Below are positions 52,631 through 64,000 of a stretch of 64,000 nucleotides of DNA, piece after piece. The stretch lies in assembly GCF_009914755.1 (NCBI RefSeq), contig NC_060936.1, one strand, 5' to 3'. Positions within the stretch are counted from its first letter, which is position 1. Every line of letters begins with the position of its first letter. Below the pieces are notes generated by a model that made no database searches, had not been told where the DNA came from, and worked only from the letters and a program-made list of their open reading frames with translations. Both the position numbers and the translations under genes were made by a program. This DNA comes from the human T2T-CHM13v2.0 reference genome, Homo sapiens.

Positions 52631-55600
52631 GGAGAGAGAAGATGGCAGATAGGAGGCAGGACTAACTTGCAGCTCCTGCTCAGACAGAGCAGTGTGTGGG
52701 GACTTGCATCATGAACTTGCTCCAGAACTACTGCAGAAATATATCAGGGAAGCCAAGAAAACCCACAGGCCCTCTGAAGGAAGTGGATTGCTCCTGCAGG
52801 ACCTGGGAGACAGCCCAAATTCTGTGAGTGCCCAAGCTGTGACAGTGAGAAAGGGGGATCATCCGCACCTGAACACACACTCTTACTGGGGAACCTGGAG
52901 GTATAGATCACAGGAGAAGGATTTGACCTTACCTGGAGCTGAGTCAATTTAGAGAGCCAAGTGAAATACGGGGTAGAGAAAGCAGCAGGAGAAGCCCTGT
53001 GGGCTCTCCAGGTCCCCAGGGAAACCATTTCTGATTTGTCTCACGTGAGTACTTGGGCAGGGCTGCCAGAGGAACTGGGAAAAGACCACAGGGAGAAGGA
53101 AACCTTCAGCTGAACTTTGTAACAATTCCAACTGAATACGAAGTCTCCTGGCCAGAACTTGAGGGAGGGCATGAATCCAGTGTACAGACTCAACAGGCCA
53201 GGAGGCACAGAAGTTCTGCTTGCTTTCTCAGCTGGTAGGCGGGTAGCCTGGGGCAAGTTCTCAGCCCTGCTCACCCACTGCCTGGAAACAAACTTGGTGC
53301 TGTTGTGGGGGGCACAGTGGGATTGAAAATAGCCTTTTTGGCTGTGTGGGAGCTGGATGAGGCCTGTAACTGCCAGCTTTCCTTAACTTCCCTCACAACC
53401 TACATGACACAACAGAGGCAGCCATAATCCTCCTGGAAACATAACTTCATTGAACCTGGAAACCACACCCCCATCTCCCACAGCAGCCACAGCAAGCCCC
53501 ACCCAAGAAGAATCTGAGCTCAGACACACCTAGCACTGCCCCCACCTGATGATCCTTCCCCACCCACCCGGGACAAAGGGCTGAGGACAAAGAGCATAGT
53601 CTCTTGGGAGTTCTAGGGCCCCACGCACTGCCTGATCCCCCCTATACTACCACAGCTGATGCTCTCTTAAAAGCCCCACCTCCTGGTAGAGGACGACCAG
53701 CACAAAAATAGTGTATTAAACAACCAAAACTAAGGACCCCACAGAGTCTACTTCACTCCCCTGCCACCTCCACTGGAGCAGAAGCTGATACACATTGCTG
53801 AGAGACCTGAAGATGGTTCACATCATAGGACTCTGCAGACAGCCACCAGTGCCAGCCCAGAGCCTGGTAGCCCTGCTGGGTGGCCAGATTCAGAACAGAA
53901 ATAACAATCACTACAGTATAGCTCTCAGGAAGCCACACCCCTAGGAAAAAGGGAAGAATACTACATTGGGGGGATACAAATGAGGCAAAAGAATCTGAAT
54001 AGCAGCCTTGAGCCCCAGATCTTCCCTCTGACATAGCCTACACAAATAAGAAGGAACCAGAAAAACAATTCTGGTGATATGATAAAACAAGGTTATTTAA
54101 CACCCCCCAAAAATCACACTAGCTCAAGAGCAATGGATCCAAACTAAGAAGACATCCCTGATTTACCTAAAAAAGAATTCAGAAGGTCGATTATTAAGCT
54201 AATCAAGGAGACACCAGAGAAAGGTAAAGTCCAATTTAAGGAAATAAAAAAAAAAAGATACAAGATATGAGAGACGAAATCTTCAGTGAAACAGATAGCA
54301 TAAATTAAAAAAATCATAACTTCAGGAAATAAGGAACACACTTAGAGAAATGCAAAATGTACTGGAAAGTCTCAGCAATAGAATCGAACAAGAAGAGGAA
54401 AGAACTTCACAGCTCGAAAACAAGGCTTTTGAATTGACCTAATCCAACAAAGACAAAGAAAAAATAATTTAAAAAAAAATGAACAAAGCCTCCAAGAAGT
54501 TTGGGATTATGTTAAATGACCAAACCTAAGAATAATTGGTGTTTCTGAGGAAGAAGAGAAATCCAAAAGCTTGGAAAACATATTTGGGGGAATAATCAAG
54601 GAAAACTTCCCTAGCCTTGCTAGCAACCTAGACATCCAAATACAAGAAGCTCAAAGAACACCCAGGAAATCCATCACAAAAAGACCATCACCTAGGCACA
54701 TTGTCTTCAGGTTATATCTAAAGTCAAGATGAAGGAAAGAATCTCAAGAGCTGTGAGGCAAAAGTACCAGGTAACCTAAAAGGAAAACTTACCAGATTAA
54801 CAGCAGATTTCTCAGCAGAAACCCTACAATCAAGAGGGGATTGAGGGGGGTCTATCTTCAGCCTCTTTAAACAAAACAATTATCAGCCAAGAATTCTGTA
54901 TCCAGGGAAATAAGCTCCATAAATGAAGGAAAGATACAGTCTTCTTTCCTTTAAACAAATGCTGAGAGAATTTGCCACTACCAACCCAGCACAATAAGCA
55001 CTGCTAAAAAGGAGTTCTAAATCTTGAAACAAATCCTGGAAACACTTCAAAACAAAACCTCTTTAAAGAATAAATCTCACAGAACCTATAAAACAAAAAT
55101 GTAATTTTAAAAACAGTCATACAGGCAAAAAATCATATGCATGAATGGAATAGTACTTCACATCTCAATACTAATGTGGAAGGTAAGTGGCGTTAATGCT
55201 CCACTTAAAAGATACAGAATTGCAGAATGGGTAAGAATTCATCCAACAAGTATCTGCTGCATTCAAGAGACTCACCTAACATAAGGATTCACATAAACTG
55301 AAGGTAAAGGGGTAGAAAAGGAGATTCCATGCAAATGGACACCAGAAGCAAGCACTCCGGAGTAGCTATTCTTATGTCAGAAAAATCAAACTTTAAAGCA
55401 ATAGCAGTTCAAACAGACAAAGAGGGACATTACATAATGATAAAAGGCCTTGTCAAACAGGAAAATATCACAATCCTAAATAGATATGCACCTAACACTG
55501 GAGCTCCAAAATTTATAAAACAATTACTACTAGACCTAAGAAATGAGATAAACAGCAACACAATAATAGTGGGGCACTTCAATACTCCACTGACAGCACT

Positions 55601-56241
55601 AGACAGGTCATCAAGACAGAAAGTCAACAACAACAACAAAAAAAAACAATGAATTTAAACTATACCCTAAAACAAGTGGACTCAACAGATATTTACAGAA
55701 TATTCTACCCAACAACTGCAGAATATGCATTCTATTCATCAGCACATGGAACCTTCTCCAAGATGGACCATATGATAGGCCACAAAACAAGTGTCAATAC
55801 ATTTAAGAAAATTGAAATTATATCAAGTGCTTGCTCAGGCCACAGTGGAATAAAATTGGAAACCAACTCCAAAAGGAACCTTCAAAACCACACAAACAAA
55901 TGAAAATCAAATAACCTCCTCCTGAATGATCATTGGGTCAACAATGAAATCAAGATGGAAATTTAAAAATCCTTTGAACTGAACAATAACACAACCTATC
56001 AAAACCTCTGGGATATGGCAAAGGTGGTGATAACAGGAAAGTTCATAGCCTTAAATGCCTTTACCAAACAGTCTGAAAGAGCACAAATGGACAATCTAAT
56101 GTCACACCTCAAGGAACTAGAAAACAAGAACGAAACAAATCCAAACCCAGCAGAAGAAAGGAAATAACCAAGATCAGAGTATAACTAAATGAAATTGAAA
56201 CAAAAAAGATACAAAAGATAAATGAAACAAAAAGCTGGTTC
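52631..56241 (+). mobile_element. L1PB 5' half (5'UTR, dead ORF1, ORF2 endonuclease), 3'-truncated
   Basis: aagatggcagataggaggcaggactaac 5'UTR; ORF1 remnant from ~54045; ORF2 start atgaatgga at 55141; EN motifs (YAPNTGAPKFIKQ, GTFSKMDHMIG); ends abruptly with no poly(A). Confidence 0.88.
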
Positions 56242-56570
56242 CCAGTACAGATGGATGTGGCTCCTCCCAGGTTCCTTGGTAAATGGGGCTGGATTTAGTA
56301 CCATGGCCATATGCAGCTGGAGCTAGTCCATAATAAGTTGGTGTCACTTTTGGTCTGTAGCCAGGACTATGTTCATGAAGTCTGCCACTGTGGTCCAGGT
56401 CTGCCTTCTCAAAGTGGCTCTCCTTGGTCTTGGGCTTAACTTGGGTTTTGCAACCTCACACCTGAATCTCAAAGTTCTCACAATGGCATATTTGTCCATG
56501 AATGGCTTCCAGGTAACTGGGTGGAAGAACATGAGCTGGGAACCTCCTATTTTGCCATCTTGCTGACCTG
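56242..56570 (-). mobile_element. L1M(A) 5'UTR terminus
   Basis: Minus strand reads caagatggcaaaataggaggttcccagctc, typical of an L1 5' end. Confidence 0.6.
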
Positions 56571-58084
56571 AATTTCTTAACAACACTGTAACAATGACAT
56601 TCAAAATTCTATAGGAAAGTGCCCTCCCACTCAGAATTCAATATACAACCACACTACAATTAAGTGTGATGATAGATTGTACATGGTGATATAGACCACA
56701 CATGACAATGATAGACATACAAGGAGTCAAAATATTTACACACATACACTGTCTTTGCAGCCTTTCATGAGAAATTACTGAAAGGGATATTCTGCCAAAT
56801 GAGGGTGTAGTAACAGGAAGCAAATCATAACTCACTTGCTTTTGAATCCCCTACTTCTCTTCCTTCCTGGTCTCGTCACAGGTCTTTCTTGGTCTATACT
56901 TTATACTTTTATTGTTGACATCCTTCCTGAATACTTTAGGGTTTGAATACAAGTGTGGTGTGAGTTCACATGCCAGGAACTATTTATATATTATCTTATC
57001 ATATCTGACAACACCATCATGAGTTATACATTATTATCCCCGTTTTACGGAAAAGGAAATTGAGATTCAGAGGGGCTAAGGGACATGCCCTTCTTTGAAT
57101 GGCTTGACACTGCCAGGCCTGAGAGTGAGCGAAACAAATGCAACCATAGAATCATCTTTTTAACAGAGCTGTAAGCTCTGCAGCTGGGAATAACAGTATG
57201 TATGGATGTATTCTCCCTCTCAGTTGCTTTTCAGTATATGACCCAATGGTGATGGAGATATGTAAATGTTTTTATTAATTTTAAAAAGCATCTTTTTGAC
57301 AGCATCCATTTAGGAATATGGGAGATATATAATACATACGATACATATGCATGATATTATTGTATATATGATATAATTGCATTATAGTAATATATGTTTG
57401 GGAAATCCTATATTTATAAGATTATACAAGAACACACAAAAAATGCATTCTAATCCCCATGTGGTTTAAATGTAGCAATTGAGAGTTTTTTAAGCACAGC
57501 TAATTATTTTTTATGATACAGGAACAGTCCAAGGATGTTCATTGCACATAAATATAAGATCATGCAACAATTATTCCTTCATAGGGCTTGTGTTGTACAA
57601 CTCAAGGTTTAACAATCCCATCTGGATGCTGCAAACAGATGTGCCTGGTCCTTTTAAAAGACAAAGGCATTTCCCTGAACGACTTCATTTATTTCCTGCT
57701 AAAGCAGTCATGCTAATCATGAGTTCCCCTTGCCTTGCAATATTCAAAGGACAGTCTCTTCTCACGATGAACCAGGAAGCAATATGTTGTATGGAAAATT
57801 CGCCTGATCAAATTATCCTAACCTTGAGATGTTTTTAAAGTAGAATCAGTGTGAAAACTGCCTGTCGGCATTCCTCCAAGTTTCCTGAGAAATTTCCACC
57901 ACCTGAACTGTTTAATCATGACTTTACTTTCCTTGCATCTTATTTTTTGGCCACTGAAAGGACCTTTGTTTATTTCAGCTGTAGCAAACAGAAGGATTGG
58001 CATAACACCGGGGCATTTTAATAATAAACCATATCCTCCAGAGTCAGCAAATGATAATTTATTTCTGTTTCTTTAAATATCTTG

Positions 58085-58378
58085 GTTTTTTTTTAGAGCA
58101 ATTTTAAGTTCACAGTAAAATTGAGAAGTACTGATTTCCCATATACTCCCTTCCCCCATACATGCATAACCTCCCCGACAGAAGTGGTATGTTTGTTACA
58201 ATTGATGAACCTACACTGATACACCATTGCCACCCAAAGACAATAGTCTACATTAGGGTTCACTCTTGGTATTGTACATTCTATGAATTTGGACAAATAT
58301 ATACTCACATGTATTCACCATTATAATATCATATAGTTTCAGTGCCCTAAAAATCCTCTGTTCTCCACCTATTCATTG
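58085..58378 (-). mobile_element. L1MC-type 3'UTR fragment
   Basis: tttagagcaattttaagttcacagtaaaattgag...gatgaacctacactgatacacc. Confidence 0.75.
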
Positions 58379-59059
58379 TTGGTCATTTCTTTTAAAAATC
58401 ATATAAAGTCAAATTTTCCTTTTAAAGAACCCAGATGTATTAAGGAAATCAAAAATAGAGTATATGTGTGCATGCTATATGCCCCATCTTCAGAGAGTTC
58501 TGCCTACTTTACAGACTTTTTTCTTTATACAAGGAAGATTCTAGAAGTTGTCTAAGTTTATTTTGTTAGAAAGTAAATAAGAACAAATTTGCACACAGAT
58601 GCCAGCTAAACCCACAGCAGACTTTAAAATACAAAACAGTTCCACATTTGTAATTATGCAAAACATCACAAATATGAGACCGTTACACCCAAGGGAAACA
58701 CACAAATTTAAAAATCTCATCACTTTCGTGACTTTCAGAGACTTGCACTCTTCTTCCATTTCATGCTACATCATGTGTTACTGTTTCATCAAAGCAAACA
58801 GTTTGTTTCATTTAAAATTTCTTCAATGAGCTTAGTGAGAACAGCTGCAATGCAGTTCTCTCCCCTCACATTGATACTACTGAGTATTCTATCTTGTTCT
58901 GTTTCCACTCTAAACTTGATTAACCATATTTGCAAAACTCTGCTTAGCTACCTGTCTCCATAACTAATTGTTGTTTCCCCCAGGTGAGTAGAATAGTGGA
59001 TAAACAACATCAGTATACTTTTTATAGGAAGAACAAATAAGCTACTAATTACAAAGGAG

Positions 59060-59150
59060 GGAAGGAAGGAAGGAAGGAAGGAAGGAAGGAAGGAAGGAAG
59101 GAAGGAAGGAAGAGAGGGAGGGAGGGAGGGAGGGAGGGAGGGGAGGGGGG
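59060..59150. repeat. (GGAA)13 followed by (GGGA)n
   Basis: 13 uninterrupted GGAA units at 59060-59111; GGG runs at 59116-59150. Confidence 0.95.
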
Positions 59151-60943
59151 CAGAAGAAAGGAAAAGAACTTTACCCGGATCATTTTTTTTCCTTTTTTGG
59201 CATGACCCATCAACATAATAGTTAGATTGTCATTAGCATAAATCAGTTACTCTGGGACAGCAGTCAAGGCAGAGGCAAGAAGTATCTATTAATATTTGTC
59301 TCCCCTGGCTTTAGTATATAAACCATAGTGATGAATCTTATAGATGTTACTAATCATGACATTATCTGGCCAAGGTACATACTCCCCAAGATGGAAGGGA
59401 TAAAGCACCCCATTCCCTGACCTCTTGCTGCCATCGTTTTAATAATTGACTTCACTACACTATGTTTCAAACTGGTTACAATTCAACAAACTCTTTTTCT
59501 TCAAGAAACAAAGATGTATGGACAAAAGTCAAAGAATAATTAAATAACACATTTAAGCCATAATATAAATGCACTCTGCTTTAATAGACTAATCAGATGC
59601 TCATCCATACATTGCACATAGAATTACCATTAATGAAGTAGAACTGCCAAGACTGAATCCTGGAAATCAATTAAAGGAAATGCCAACACTAAATTTACAC
59701 ACAGTTTGGATGTATAGAATTAATCCCTTAATTCTCTTTAATTTCACACATCTGGTACTCTTTATTCCTGTGAATTTCCATATACAAAGAATTACTAAAG
59801 ACTAAACTTTGCATTGTTCTCTAAAACAATATGGTTTCTTTGGAGTTGCCTAAGATGCAACTTTGCAAACATGCCTCTTTGTTAGGGTAACATGTTAAGA
59901 AGAGTAGAAATTCATCACCTCTAAAAGATATGGTTATAAAAATCCAGCAATGCAGAAACTTCAGTGTCAAAAGCCGTTAACTCTAATACACACTGCCAAA
60001 CCACTGGTAGCAAACTATATATACATGACACCCTTGATCAGAGGTATGTTACCACCTAAGCACATCTTATGTTGTAAAAGGGTCCTTTCTCTGGAAAAAA
60101 AATTCTGTATAGAACAGAAATGTATGCATTTGGGATCCAATAATTATGAATGGAAATCTAGGGGCAATAGATGCATTCAATATTAATTCCAAGCTTCATC
60201 TAATAATAACCCTGTCCTCCCAAGTGAAAGAGATGAAAAAAGTTCCTCCAAGATCCTGTTAATTTTACTGCCTACTGATGAAAAAAGGGAATACATTAGA
60301 TCCGATTTAATTAGCTAAATGCCCTTACTTAGTTTTTCCAGGAAAATGAGTAAAAAGAGCCCCTACCTGAAATCTGTAAGACTACTCTTCATAACATCAT
60401 ATGCATGGCAGTCTCATTACTAAGAAGCAAAATAATGAAATAAGGTATTGGGATACCTGGTGTCTAGTCCTAGTTTTGCCATTCAGTAGCTATATGATAA
60501 GAAACTTGTTTAATTTCTCTGGGTTTTCATTTGTTTACATTTTGCTAATGGATGGGAATTATATCTGTCTGTCTTGCTTTATTCTGTCTTTCATTATTTA
60601 TAATGGTTTCTAAACTCAGTTACAAAACTGTATAAAGGGCAGAAAAATTATATTATAGAACTAATAATGTTATCAACTTCCATTACATTTATTTCTATTT
60701 CTATTCCATTATTTCCTTAAGGTCACTGGTGACACACAACCATTACTAAGCAACATAGACAGCTTGGCAGGAGCACAGGCAAATGTGAGCCAGATTGTCC
60801 AGTATGAATATCTACTGATGCAATTAATCAAGCTGGCAGACCTTCCTGGGAAAACAAGTGCCTACATCGAGAAAATGGCATGTATGCGTTTAACAGTGAT
60901 TTCCAGGCAGCTCTCCTGGTTGATATCAGATGAGTGACTAAAT

Positions 60944-61274
60944 TAGGGTTAAGCAAACTTTTTCTGTAAAAGTCTAGATAACAAATACTTTAGGCTTTGC
61001 AGGTCTTTGTCACAGCAACTCAACATAGCCACTGTAGTACAAAAGCAGCTATAGACAATACATAAATGAATAAGCAATGAATAAAGTGTTCCAATAAAAC
61101 TTTATTTGTGGTCACTGATATTTGAATTTCATATACTTTTCACACGTCATGAAATATTCTGCTTCTTTTTATATTTTCTGACTTTAAAAAATATAAAAAC
61201 CATTCTTAGCCATTGGGCATACAAAAGCAAGTGTTAGCCTTGATTTAGCCCAAGGGCCTTAGTTTGCCAATCCT
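60944..61274 (+). mobile_element. MER58B-like hAT-Charlie DNA transposon
   Basis: gcaaactttttctgtaaa...aagcagctatagacaatac...ccaataaaactttattt...tagtttgccaatcct. Confidence 0.82.
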
Positions 61275-62529
61275 TAGATGAATATTAAGAAATTATAGAG
61301 ATTATCTATGTGCAATCTGTTGAGATTTCTGCTCGGGTTATATTGCTTGATTATTAATTGTTCTCAGCACTGATTACCCTTTGTAATGCATGATGATTTG
61401 ATCTGTGGATTGGGGACACTGCATGAAGTGAATACATGAGAGAGAAAGGAAATCTCCCCTGTGGCACTGAGGGAGAGAGACTAGCAGTGGAGTGCATTGA
61501 GTCCTAAACCAGGTGGCAGGTGCTCTGATACACAGAACCACCATGAGACTACGGAAAGATAAAGGCAGGAGCCCAGACACAATCAAGGCAATGCCACACC
61601 ATCTGCAAATAAAGCACATCATTCTCTCATCTTACAGAGCTTATCTAATACATTAACTGTCACTTCTTTCCAAACTGGCTTGACAGGTTTTGGGGGCTCC
61701 CTGACTACAGCCAACAGTAACATTCTAACATGAACACTCTGTCTTGTCTCTAACACCCTTTGGAAATTGCGAATACTTCTCAAAGAGGTAACTCTGTAAG
61801 TCGCCAATGTTAGTTTTGACCAGGTTGTTTTACTTGGTGCTTGGAGCAAACAGGAACAGCAGGTAGAGGTGGAAGGTGATCCGTCATTCAGGGAGGAGAA
61901 AGAAGGTCAAAAACAGGAAGGAGGCACCTAAGCTTTGTCAGTTTCAGAGTTTAAGCTAACTGGATTCCTACCATTCATTCTACAGTATTTACTGGGCTCC
62001 TGCTGAATTCAAAGTGTTTGGCAAGTGGAGCCTTTACCTTCACTATGCTTACAAACATGTAAACATGGCTAAGGCATTCTTTCTGTGTTCCTAACAGCTA
62101 ACGTCAAATAAAGTCAATTGTACTCTAGTAAGAAAACCAAAGTTAATTAATAATTTCTGAAGTATACATTTGCATTCAAAGCAACCCATAATGAAACCTG
62201 TAGTGTAATGATATACTTAGCTGAGTGCCTAACAGATGATTTTTCTACATTTGTAACCAGAATACCTTGGTTATTCAATACTAATATAATGGTTGTAATG
62301 GTTCATCAATCTTGTACAAGGAAAATACATAAGAGGAATAATCCCAATCTTAGTTTGGCAGGAATTCCTACTATTTGCTTCACTAATATTTTGTAGTAGG
62401 AATAAAGCTTAACACATTCTCTGTGGAACACTCAACTCATTAAAATACACAACAATTACCATGTTGCCACTAACAGTGGAAAGACAGATCAGTCGGAAAT
62501 GCCTAAAAATTTAGGGTAACACCAGGTAT

Positions 62530-62765
62530 GAAATAAACTTTAGAGTCAGATGGGCCCAGATATGAGTCCCAGCTCAGTGGTCTAAGAACAGTGAGACCTT
62601 GGGCAAATGATGTCCACTTCCCAGACCTCAGTTTCCTCATCTGCAAAACAAGGGTAAGAATTCTTACCCATAGGTGGTTGTGAGCATTCCATGACATGTT
62701 GTCTATATGAGTGCTTAGGACAGTGTCTAGCACAGAGAAGGCTTCCAATCAATGTCAATTCTTCT
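62530..62765 (+). mobile_element. MIR
   Basis: gaccttgggcaa...cctcagtttcctcatctgcaaaa...ggttgtgag. Confidence 0.8.
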
Positions 62766-63337
62766 TAAGAGACTATATTATGCTATGTTCTATAGGAAAG
62801 CCTTGAAAATAGGACTAGAACTCATAGTCACTGGCTTTTGGGTTAACAGAGGTTATATAGCAATCCTCTTTCCCCTGCTTCAAGTAAGCAGGCCTAGAGA
62901 AACAAATTTAGGTATTTTTTTTTTTTTTTGTAACTGAGGACCTAGCAATGATTCTGTCTATATTTGAATACTGTCACTTACTATAGCTATTTGACCTTGC
63001 AAGTATAAAAAATAAAACCCTTTTTATGCTTCAGTCTTATCTTTCAAACCAAAATAATAGTAGTATCTAACTCTTAGACCCTTAGGGTTATTGTGTAGAA
63101 ATATTTATATATCCACATATATATAGTTTGGTAACAATAATAATCCTAAGTAAGTATGTGTTAGCCATTATGATTAACTTTGACATGCTGGACATTAATA
63201 ATAAGTATATATAAAAAGTATAATGATGCTAAAAGATTGAGAAGGTATAGGGGAGTCAGCCCAGTATATAAAGAAAGATTTATTCACTTAAGATTTATTC
63301 ACTTAAGAAATCATTATTAAGTATTGCCATGTGCCAG

Positions 63338-63340
<3 letters not shown>

Positions 63341-63387
<47 letters not shown>

Positions 63388-63396
63388 TGTGTGTGT
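63341..63396. repeat. (GT)n microsatellite
   Basis: About 28 units with one AT interruption. Confidence 0.95.
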
Positions 63397-64000
63397 TTGC
63401 CCTTCAAGGTTAGGGGATACACATATAATATACACCTATAAAGTTATTTGCTTGGCTTTTGAATTTTAAATAACTCTGTTATAAAGTTACACTATTTATA
63501 GTATAAATAAAGACACCTTTTGCCTCTTTCTCTTAAAATCTGAAGGCAGAGAAAAACAACTGAGTTTATTGAGTCATGTTTTCTTAGTCATAGTACCATC
63601 ATAGATATGTTCCTTTAGTTAGTTCTGTAGGAGTCCTCCCTCTTCCATGTCTCACCTTAGCTTTGGATGGAGGTTGTACCATCCCTTTCTCACTGTGTCA
63701 TATAGGATGTAGCTCATTGAAGAAGTCCCTATACTTGGAAACTACACTTAAATGTACCTTCTATAAAGGATCTAAAGTTCCATATAAGACAATGGGTAGC
63801 TATAGGCCAAGAGGAAACTGAAATAATTCTTAAAAACCCAAACCTAACATACTATGACAGACTCAGATTTCGGAAGTGTAAGCTCCAGTTTATAGTAAAT
63901 AATGAAAGCAGATTGCCCTTAAAGAAGCTGTCACTTTGGTTATTGTTTTTCAGGGCTGGGGAGTGGTAAGGTGGACTTGTAATATGTTTTATTCAAGTCA

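Overview
Human (primate) genomic DNA containing the 5' part of TSPAN8 (tetraspanin 8) on the minus strand. It holds a short non-coding exon 1 (~23893-23962), the ATG exon (CDS 23582-23641) and four more coding exons (10160-10222, 5222-5359, 3667-3741, 3464-3571), encoding residues 1-148. All are phase 0 with GT-AG boundaries; the remaining exons lie left of the window. Positions ~24000-64000 are upstream DNA rich in repeats: Alu, L1PB/L1PA/L1MA/L1M, L2, MIR, LTR12C, MER57, LTR40 and MER58. MER11, THE1 and MLT1 LTRs sit in intron 2. The most striking unexplained structure is a near-perfect 460-bp inverted duplication (4525-4984 / 5511-5970, one visible mismatch) that brackets coding exon 4. The right copy splits an old L2 and has a template-switch-like junction. 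It could loop out or circularise exon 4 in the pre-mRNA and could let the exon invert in DNA. Other notable items: a 3x32-bp repeat that triplicates the exon 1 donor, tandem stop-start uORFs, a co-oriented LTR12C with a damaged core promoter but intact CCAAT array, a (GGAA)13 microsatellite, and templated insertions and deletions inside L1s. Almost all ORFs in the track are spurious or repeat-derived. Repeat subfamily calls come from remembered consensus sequences and their boundaries are approximate.
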